Source: Marsupella aquatica (Eukaryota; Plantae; Marchantiophyta). Taken from it: a stretch of DNA of 64,000 bases. Shown here piece after piece: positions 36,376-46,215 of this stretch (position 1 is its first letter; every line of letters begins with the position of its first letter). The position numbers and the translations under genes are program-made. Location: NCBI GenBank assembly GCA_973895155.1, contig OZ316898.1, positions 11,741,187 through 11,805,186 on the forward strand. Direction: 5' to 3'. The notes beneath the pieces were generated by a model. It was not told the DNA's origin. It ran no database searches and worked only from the letters and a program-made list of their open reading frames with translations.

Positions 36376-39300
36376 CTCGGGGGGGTCACTTCTGCGGAAG
36401 TGACCCATCACGTGCCAAGAATTATAGGCCCTTTTAATTGGGTTGGGCGGAAGACTTCCAAAGATTCATGGAAGAACAATAGGGGTTGTTTTAATATCTT
36501 GTCAACTTTTAAAAACTATAGGCCCCCATAAATAGGGCTGCCTTCCAGGTAAGTTAGGGGTTTTTTGTATAACATTTTTATGCAACACGTGGCAGTTGCT
36601 AATTGGCACACGTGGCACCTTCCAGTTGCTACACCTGGATTCTCTAGGAAGTATGATGAACAATTGTCAATGAGTTTGGAGACTAAGTTTTGAAGTCGCC
36701 TTGCCCATTTCAACAATTATGTAGTACCCTTACTAATATCATACTAGGTTTAAATTGTTTTGGGGGCCAAGGGAGGAGGGGGCGTGTATTGGTTTAGTCC
36801 CAAGCGTTTAGCCACAATTTGAAAGGAGTAAAGTTTGAAATTTGGCGAGGGGGGTTTTGGGGGGTTTTGACACGGTTATTAGCAGCCGTTGGATCTCTAG
36901 GGTTTTTGGATCCAACGCACTGCAATGCCTTGGGTAAGGGCGGCCGTCACAGTAAGGACTGAGGAGGGGGGCGATTGAGCTTGCGCAGGGAGGAGGGGGT
37001 CCATCGAGCTTGCACGGGAGGAGGCCACACTATAGCTTTTCCCGCTTGTGAGCTCGGGCGAGAGGAGGAAAGCATTTTGATGCTCGGGCGAGACTGAGGA
37101 GGAAAGCTGATTGATGATGCTGTTGCTGCTCACCATCTCTGATTGCTATTGCTGCTGCTCACCATTGTTGTTGCTACTGCGAGACCATTGCCGTTGTTGT
37201 TGCTCACCATCTCCTTTTGCTACTGCCACCATCGCACATTGTTGCTTGCCACCGCCTTGTGAGTGCTGCTCGCCATTGTTGTTGGTGCTGCTTGCCATCT
37301 CCTTTTGCTATTGCCACCATCGCACATTGCTGCTCGCCACCGCCTTGTGAGTGCTACTCGCCGCCACCAGGTTGCTTGCTGCTGCTGTTGAGTTTCTGTC
37401 CACCATCGCTCCTCGTTGTCGCCATCGCCACTGAGTCGTAGCTCGCCAGTTGTAGCTCGCCATCAGAAGGTATGAATGAGTGTTGCGGTTGGCCATCCTT
37501 CACCTTGTATGCTTTGCGCTGGCTATCCTTCACCTCTTCAGCTCTGCTTTGCGCTGTGCAGGGAGTCCATCTCGGGACACTGCCAATCAATCAGCTGCCC
37601 TCTGGTCCGTGTCGGTCATTTTTCATATTTGTAGCTTTTTTGCACTCACGTCCTCTCCTCTCTCTTTCCCCCTACAGCTTTTAACGACAACATAGGGGTT
37701 GATTTCACCACCATTTGATTCCGGCCGTTCTCAGTAAAGGCTCCCGGTAGAACTAGTAACCGTTCAATCTCCCCTTTGTTCTTGTTTCTTTTGTACTTAT
37801 TGGTTGAATCCTTTGTTGGCACATTTCACCCCTTTGCTGGACAACATTCTGTAATCTTAAACTCAATACGAGTTTCTTTAGTTCTCTCAAGACTGGACTC
37901 TATTCTCTTTTGTTTTGTTTCTATTATGGAACGACCTCTCTCTTTCTCGCGTGCATTGTCTGTCTGTCTATGTAGTCTCTACCACGACAGTGAAGAAGTT
38001 GTTTGTTGCTATTTTCCTGCATGCATAATCACTGCTAGAATGCTTTGCTTTGTAATGTGCTCCAGCATTGTTGCCTTAATGCTTGTTGCTGCCTCACATT
38101 CATTCTCGCCAAATTTGTCATCCGAGCCTTGTTGTGGAATGTCTGTGCATCTTGCTTTTGTCAAACTGTCAAACATTTGATTTTGTGTCTATGTCGGAAG
38201 CAATTAGATTGAAATGTCAGATTGTATTCCCTTCCCGGTTGTTGCTTCTGAACTTTGGCCGCTTGTCTTCTATTACATAGACCACCTTGAAATCAGCAGG
38301 TTGGCTTCTGAACAGTAGACGTTCGTTTGCAGCAATTGAAAAGCTTTGAAGGAGGTGGAGCAACTGTGGCATTTTTTAGTGTTGTTACTACCAAATTTCC
38401 ACTGCGAGGTAGGTATTGGAAATTTATTTGGACAGCAAAATAGTTACTTGTTTGCTGTTAAGTAGGATGAGTTCACTTTAGTTTACTGAAACATATGAAC
38501 ATTGAGTCTGTTCCCATTTCTGTTCCCATTTCTATGTCATGCAGGTACTCTGTGGTTGACCTTGGTACCATCTACTTAGTTCAATATCTTCAGTAGGTCT
38601 GAAGTCTCGGCAAAGTGCATCCAGAAGCATAGGTATACTGAACAAAACTGCATCCCAATTCGGTGGATTCAAATGTCCTTGTGATTGTTAGGTTTTGTTT
38701 AAATTTGTGATGTTTTAATTTGTTTTAGTGAACATGTTTATCCTTCCTTGCTTTAGTCTTATGTCTCTTTTGTGTTTGACGTGTGCAGAGACTTAGGGTT
38801 GTAGTACCCACCTACTTGGAGTGCCGACGTAAGCTCCACACTATTGCAAACATCCATAGTGACAATTTAGCAGGCTTTCCATGATATCAACATGTCTTGT
38901 CATTTTGTAGTATTGTTGATCTGTGCCTTTCGGGACAAGTTCCCATGTTTGCAAGTTCCATTTCACTTGTTGGGATCAGATTGCTGTGAGATATTTTTTA
39001 GCAAGGTAGGTGGCATGAGTGGCCATGAGAGAAATTATGACTTTGGATCTCTACTGGACAGTGCAATGGGACTGAATCGACTAGCTGGATTAGTATGGAC
39101 CAGAGGGATTGAAGATACGTCGATCACATGATAAACAAGATCATGTTTGGGCAACTTTACATCCTCTAGATGAAGGAGAACAAGCTCCAAATTTATTTGA
39201 TTACTCTACAGTTCAGACTAATGAGCTGGTTGTAGATGCTCTAAAGGAAGGTTTGCAGGAAGCAAAGGATTTGTTGTGCAAGCTGAACATGTCACCAAGG

Positions 39301-40906
39301 AGTTCTTTGCCAGCAATGAAAAGACGATGGTGGGTTCATCCTTGGGAGGTGGAGGCAGAGACTTGGCCAGATACAAGTGTCATGAAAGAGGTTGTGTTAT
39401 GTGATGATGCTGAAGACACAGTTGAGCATCAATCTACTGTAGGCCCTAGACCTGAGCCCCCAATTGGAGAGTTTCTAGAGTTTGAAGATCCTGAAGAAGA
39501 TCTCAATCGAATTGATTCATGAGACACTCTGGACAGTCAGGATTGTATTGAGCCATTAACAGTTGATGATTGTGAGATTGAGGTGGACACTGACCCATTT
39601 TGTGAGATGGAGACACTAGGACATGAAGTAAGGCATGTCTTGGCTGGAGTTCAAGCAGACTTAACTATTGTGCAGACACCCCGGTCAATAGTGTCTACTG
39701 TAACTTATGAGGGAAGGACTATCTACAAGTCCACTCTTGTGAGTCAATTGTGCTGCAATCCTTTCATGTCAAAGGATAGGCTAACTAGGATAGCCCAGAA
39801 GACCTATTACACTACTGGTAAGGAGAAGGAAAATGGTGACATTGGTACTGATATAGCAATTTTGTTTGAGTCTACTGCAGAGGTTGGTCCTTCTACCAGA
39901 TCATCCAAGTCAAAGAAGAGGAAGGGAAGAGATAAAGCGTCTGTTGTTGAGGCTGCAAAGAAGGAATATTGGTTGGGTAGGATTGAGTTTATGATACAGA
40001 AGAATGGCTCCCATTGGGTCAGACGTCGGAAAGCAATAGATCTGCTTAAAGACAGGCCTGTACCTGCAGTTGGACAGAGTGGAAGTGTGTGCCGCGTGCA
40101 GTGTAATTGGTACAAATCTACTGGTAACAACAAAACTTTGTTCACTTATGATGCAACGGATGGACAATGGATTGATATTGAGATGGTAATTTCAAATGTG
40201 AACTTGACAATGAAGTTTGGGGTAGTTGACAGAGTGTATGTACTAGATGCAAATGACTTGCAGGCTTTGACCACATACATTCAGAGTGTGAGTAAATTGT
40301 GATATATACTTGACTATTGTTTATTGAAATTAGTTTGTTGTGTGTGTATGTGATGCATGTTTAGGGTTAGTGGGAGGGAGTAGAGTAGGGGATGGCGGAT
40401 TGGCAAATTGAGATTTATGCTCAATCAGGGGTTCAATTCCCCTCCGTCATGTGAACATCATCATGTTGGGAGCTTGTGAAGCAAGGTAGAGAACTGATGC
40501 CTTGAATAGGTAACCCATGGTGTTTGGTTACCTATTCATGGTATCTGGCACCCACCATGCTTCACTATTCAAGAGTGAGGTGTTAGATGATCATGAATGC
40601 AATTTACAAGATATATATTCAGCTTCATGATCTAACTACGTCGAATGCATTGGAAATGCATATCAATTTGCACAATTGGCTCTACACTATTGAGGTACTT
40701 TACTTTCCTTAATAGGCATTTTTTAAATCATCATAAAACTTTACATAAAGTTTTATAGGGGTAAACAATTCAAAAAATGGCCGCTTTTCAGAAAGTAAGG
40801 GAGTCCCGAAGGGAGTGGGGAAAAAAAATTCACTTGAAAGTTAGGGGGTACAGACCCTAAAACGTCGCATGTGATGTAGATCCCTACATATAGTGACCCC
40901 CCCGAG
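36376..40906 (+). mobile_element. 4531-bp TIR DNA transposon with an 8-bp TSD; P-element-like transposase remnant
   Basis: Perfect 14-bp TIR CTCGGGGGGGTCAC / GTGACCCCCCCGAG and perfect TSD GAACTTGG (36368-36375, 40907-40914). Internal coding remnant at 38871-40302. Confidence 0.93.
38871..40302 (+). pseudogene. C-terminal part of a putative P-like DDE transposase (frameshift ~39100, stop at 39520)
   Basis: FHDINMSCHFVVLLICAFRDKFP..VPFHLLGSDCCEIFFSKVGGMSGHERNYDF resembles the P/THAP9 third-catalytic-residue motif (QD.LE.FF..IR..GG). It is followed by an acidic linker, KSTLVSQLCCNPFMSKDRLTRI and a beta-rich C-terminal domain. The N-terminal D-D region is not visible. Confidence 0.6.
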
Positions 40907-43900
40907 GAACTTGGCAGTGAATACCCCAGGTAGCTAGTAGATAGCAGGTTCATCTGACTTTGAGTGTCATCCAGCTGCAGGTGAAATCACCTACGAAGTA
41001 GATGATTCTGCGTTATGCTTTACGGTTTTGAGAGACCCCTATGGACATCTGCCTTCTTGAGTCCAAAGTTACTAAACGGTTGGCTAAGTTGAGCGGTGCC
41101 AGGTACCCTCCATGCTTGAATGAGAATGTTCCTCGGCCTTTGGAACCCTCTTTAGACAGTTGTGATGTTCGTGGTTGAGTTGTAAATGTCATACTTCATC
41201 ACATGACAAGAAAGAGTTCGTCATTGTTGTGGGTAACGGCATTCTAAATACTGTCATTTCAATCAGGTTAGCCACATTGTCTGCGTCTTCTATTCTGTTT
41301 GACAGTTCTGCTCTGACTATTCATTGGGTCGACCTTGTATCCCGGAATATGTCCATGCACGTAAGAAAGTTCAATGCTATATATCTGGCAGCATGAGCTG
41401 CAGTTCGTACCATCAATTGTGCGGCGCCACAAGTGAACATCACCATTTCTTCTCAGCAGGCTTCTTTGCAAGCTACATTACGTCGTACTTGATGAGGAGG
41501 AAGGTATAACTATCTCTAAGAATGTGCCGGCCTGCATTCAATCAAACAGGTATGACACTCCTGATAAACTCTTCAGGTTGAGGTTTGGAGTTGGCATGGA
41601 AATGGCAAACAAATTCTGTTTCCTTTTGTAGCCCTCTTCAAAATCTCAGGCATATATGGGCGTTCGTGATAGTTCTATCCAAATATTAAATAGGTTGTTT
41701 TGATCTTATTGCCTCTGCCCTCGGCAGTCTTTGTACATGTTTTCAGGCATCTTATGCTTGTTATCTAGTCTTTCTAGTTGCAGCAACAGCAGGTTCATTG
41801 TTCTGGACCATTGCATCTTACAAGTTAATGTCCCCACATGGAAGGTGAAACAAGTTTTCTCAACAGCCTCATCAGTTTCATTGTGCTGAAAACTGTTTTC
41901 GTCCTGTTTCTGTTGCAGATCTTTTGTACGAGGTGATATCAAGGTACTTGTTCTAGTCGTGGGGGGTTTAGTGAAGTCCCATCGTGCAGTTCCTCGCTTG
42001 TTTTTTACAATTTACGATTCAGGACGATATATGCAAACTAATGGTGCACCCTACTATGGCTGGATGCAGATCTTTCTAAAGTCTGCAAGAAACCCACTTT
42101 TGACTGGCAGGGCTGTAGCACGCATCTTCCATGGCTTGTGGAGTCCAGCGTTCCCTTATTCCGAATGGTCTAAAAGTCACTTCTGGTAAGAAAACGCCGG
42201 CCTCAGATTGTTGTCAATCGGATGGCATGGAAAGGAATCTTTAATATGATGCTTGGAGAGAAACATGGACACACATACAAATTTAAGTGACACTTTGGTT
42301 TTAATTAAAGATATATATAGGTATATATATAGGTATATAGTGATCGTATATATATATATATGACCTTATATATATGACCACTAATAGAAAGTAATCATAA
42401 GTTTTTAGTCGATTCCTCCATCATTTTGTCCATGGGAACCTTGATTGTCATTCAACTGCAGGAGCTGGGTTCCTTTGGCTACCATAGTCATCATCTACAT
42501 AAAATACAGCTCCACATCATGACAGTGTAAGGTTTTTCGGAATGTCGCAACATTGTAAGTCCCTGTGTCCATCCTAGTAGCAATGTCAAACTTTTGTGTA
42601 CATCCTAGCTTCCACTTCTAATATCTTAATTGGTTTGTTACATAATTCTCTTTACAAATAATTTTAACAAAAGTGTGTGTGTGTTTACACCACAGTATGT
42701 AAAAACATATGTAACCGAAGTGCTCAGGCAGTTCAATCTCCAATGGAGACCAGCTAACATCTTGGGCTCAGAGCTATGGCGGGCCTACTTTCGGCGCAGA
42801 TCGTTTCATTGCCGTGTCACGGGCAGAAATTTGGCAATGCACGCTGATGTGCATTGAGGGCAATAATCGGAGCAATTGTACTGCCCTCTCATTGTTGCGA
42901 TTCACTTGGGATGCCGCAAATCGCTACTTATCGTTGAGGGTTTCCGAGTCCGCCAGCCGGAATCCATAGCTGAAATCAAGAGAAGCGCTGGTCAATCCTA
43001 TGCCAAGATATTGAAAACAAGGTTTAGCGCAAATACCCGAGGAATTGAATGGCTTCACAGAATGGCAGATTGCGGTACAGAATCGCTGCTATGAATCAGG
43101 TCAGGGTTACTCTTTCACTCCTACAATGTCCTATGTCATGAGTGCCGTGTTGCAACCAGCAGTGCAGCGAAGAGAAAGGTTCTTCCGCTCAAGGATGGAT
43201 AGTTGCGGCAAATCCTCTTCCATCTACATTGGACAAGGGAGGAGGTTCTATAGGTCTGTTTGATATGAGCCTTCGTATACTCTGCGATACCATACTTGTT
43301 CCATTCCAAGCTACCGTCTTGATATTGCGCTCAATCAGCAATCCTTCATACGTAAAGTTTTGAAGAAGTTGGGAAGTGTCTCAGTCGCTTGGACTTGGCC
43401 TATTGTGTGATCTCAATTTCATCTTGTGGTACTTCCGTCTCGAGCAAGGCATAATTTAAGAGGCATAGGGAACCCGCATTAGTTGCCTTCTCTCAAGAGA
43501 AACTCTTTTACTGTCTCTGAGTTTAGGATTCCCAAGTTTAGCAAATTCAAAGTTGCTGCATGAGTCTGATGAAGGACCTGATTTGTTTCTAGTGTACTAT
43601 GAGAATCCATGCCGTATCCTTTCGTGGACTTCGACGCTTTCTGCCACATTTGAATGAGCTATCCGATCGAGGTTAGTTGTTCAATTTAACTGGCCTAGTA
43701 GTTGAAAAACTGTTTGTTTCCCAGGTCTGCGAACTTAGAACAACATTATATTGAAAACTGTCGAAATTCTTGTCTCCGCACTCCATTTGAAGGATTGGAA
43801 GCTTGTGAAAGAATGAGGACATGACGAAATGAAGACGAATATCGTACAATATGTCTGCCAATGGATCTCCACAACTTGGGATGAAGAAGACAGAGAGGCT

Positions 43901-44232
43901 TATACATTTGATGCTGCTTTGGAAATATACTCTTTTGTGGCGGCCAGTGAAGACTTCGAGGAAGAAGAGAAAAAATACTTAAAAACAAAAGAGATTGCGG
44001 AAGGGAAACCAGGAGTTCACGAACATTGTCCAATGAGTTAACAAACTGAAAATTTCATGCCGTGAAGGTGGGGGCAACCAGTGCGTCTCTCTCCTTAAAT
44101 CAGCGAATTTCATGATCGAACGCTATACATTTGTGAAGGAGATCAAAAGTTGACTGGAGTAAAGGCAGGGATAGTCTGGAGTTTTCTCAAATCTATAGCA
44201 CCGAGACTCTATCTATCTTCCCAAGCACATGA

Positions 44233-46215
44233 ATGGCGACAACAGAGTTGCAAGTGATCATCATCTTGTGCTCAATAGGGCCAGCCTTGTCCGTGGGCTT
44301 GGACGATATATCATTTTACTATCCAGACTTCGGCGTTGAGGGGGTGCAGCTTGTATACAATGGCAGTGCATTTCTGAATGACGATTGTTCATGCGTTTGG
44401 TTAACACAACCTGTGCAAAGTACCTCGCAAGATAACTATATTCTCTATGGTGGAATACTTCATACGCCATCGTTAATATTTTACGATGGTTCCTGGGTCG
44501 GAGCAGTTACCAGTGGCACTGGAATCTTTGAAAGTAAATCTGTTTCCTCACCGGAAACTGTACATGCATCTTTCAACCAAACAATACCTCCAATTCTCAA
44601 CCATCGATCACCTCCTCCAGCCCCTCCAAGCCGTCCACCTCTACGTCCCCCTCGCCCCCTAAACTCCACTGGAATCTCTGAAAACCAACCTGTTTCCTCA
44701 AGGGAAATTGTTCATGCATCTTTCAACCAAACAACACCTCCAATTCTCCAAACAAACAACAACGGTCTATTGCCCCCTCCGGCCCCTCCAAGCCCTCCAC
44801 CTCTACCTCCCCCTCGCCCCCTACTCTCCACTGGCATCTCTGAAAGCCAATCTGTTTTCTCACGAGAAACTGATAGTGTACCTGTCGACGAAGCCATACC
44901 TCCAATTCTCGACATTGAATCACCCCCTCCATCCCCTCCTATACCTCCACCTCCCGCTCGCCCCCTAGACTCCGTGATGTCCTTTAGCATATACTTCCAA
45001 CTTAGCTTGCATAGCAGAACTGGCATCGCTTCGCAGGGAGGGGGTCTGTGTTTCCTATTATCGAATAGCTCTCGTCGGTATTTGAACACAAGTGATAAAT
45101 TCTCACATTTTGGTGTCTTCCCTAGTCTGGGTGGCAAGACAGCAGTAAACACATGGGCAGTGGAGTTCGACACGCACCAAGATTTAGTCGTCGGTGACAT
45201 AGACAACAACCATGTTGGAGTAAATTTCAACAGTGCCCAGTCACTGAAATCCAGATCTTTGCGAGATATAGGCATTGAGCTATATTCTTCAAACTATTCC
45301 ATTGATGTATGGATCGATTATAATTATCCTAGTCAACTTTTGTTGGTGAGAGTAGAGAAGAACACCGATTCCTCAAGAAAAAGAGGCTTGTTTCACCATC
45401 CGATTACACCATTTATTTCCATTCCAAATCTTGACATGACTACCCTCATTGGACCAGAAATGTATGCAGGCTTTGCCGCTCGTGGTACTGATCAAGATCA
45501 TATAATCAGTCAATGGGCCCTCACACTTTCTGCACATGTTCCGGGCCTCCCCACTGCTCCACCAGAGGTAAATGTCACACCACCTGGAGTTGGCTTAACA
45601 TCACCACCACCACCTCAACCAACACTTGCCATACCTGGACTAGGCACTCAAATAGAAGTAGGCGCTGGAACATTGTTTTTAGGGTGGTTCCTCATGTTAA
45701 TCATGATTTGCCTCCTTTTGCGTTGTACTCGATGTGGGCAAAGAAGATTGTGGAGAGCCTATGAACGGTGCAAACTCTGCCATAGATTTTGTAATCTACG
45801 ACTCTGTCTTTACTGTTGTACTCTACCTTATGACGCCAACGGAAAACTCAGGAAAAATCGAGGAAGACCTTTGAAAAAGAAACGACTGAAGCCCAAAACA
45901 GGGAAAGTAAGAAAACACAAAGCTGGGAAAGTAAGAAAAAAGATAGCAGGGAAAAAACGCAAAGCAGGGAAAGGGAAAAAACGCAAAGGGGGGGAAGGGA
46001 CAAAACGCAAAGCAGGAGAAGGGAAAAGACGCAAAGCTGGGGACGAGAGAAAACCTCAAGCACGGAGAGGGGAAAAAACCTTAGCAGCAGAAGGGAAAAA
46101 GCCTATAGCAGCAATAGGGAAAAAACCCTTAGCAGCACAAGGGAAAAAAACCATAGCAGCAAAAGGGAAGAAACCTGGAGCAAAGAACACTCGAGGAACA
46201 GCTCAAAAGAAGTGA
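44233..46215 (+). CDS. Single-exon L-type (legume) lectin receptor-like membrane protein, no kinase domain
   Basis: 660-aa ORF with a signal peptide and lectin motifs ISFYYPDF, LVYNGSA, SFSIYF, GGGLCFLL, WAVEFDTHQD..DIDNNHVGVNFNS, VWIDY and EMYAGFAA. It has a Pro-rich insert and stalk, TM helix LFLGWFLMLIMICLLL, and a Cys-rich then Lys-rich tail. Confidence 0.88.
   Translation: MATTELQVIIILCSIGPALSVGLDDISFYYPDFGVEGVQLVYNGSAFLNDDCSCVWLTQPVQSTSQDNYILYGGILHTPSLIFYDGSWVGAVTSGTGIFESKSVSSPETVHASFNQTIPPILNHRSPPPAPPSRPPLRPPRPLNSTGISENQPVSSREIVHASFNQTTPPILQTNNNGLLPPPAPPSPPPLPPPRPLLSTGISESQSVFSRETDSVPVDEAIPPILDIESPPPSPPIPPPPARPLDSVMSFSIYFQLSLHSRTGIASQGGGLCFLLSNSSRRYLNTSDKFSHFGVFPSLGGKTAVNTWAVEFDTHQDLVVGDIDNNHVGVNFNSAQSLKSRSLRDIGIELYSSNYSIDVWIDYNYPSQLLLVRVEKNTDSSRKRGLFHHPITPFISIPNLDMTTLIGPEMYAGFAARGTDQDHIISQWALTLSAHVPGLPTAPPEVNVTPPGVGLTSPPPPQPTLAIPGLGTQIEVGAGTLFLGWFLMLIMICLLLRCTRCGQRRLWRAYERCKLCHRFCNLRLCLYCCTLPYDANGKLRKNRGRPLKKKRLKPKTGKVRKHKAGKVRKKIAGKKRKAGKGKKRKGGEGTKRKAGEGKRRKAGDERKPQARRGEKTLAAEGKKPIAAIGKKPLAAQGKKTIAAKGKKPGAKNTRGTAQKK

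Noticed and set aside
37080-37450. Cys/Leu/Pro-rich short ORFs
   Set aside because: Low-complexity (TGC/TTG/GCC) repeats in the transposon's 5' region.
36376-40906. hAT classification based on the 8-bp TSD
   Set aside because: Termini are CTCGGGGG rather than the hAT consensus, and no hAT dimerization motif is visible in the C-terminal remnant.
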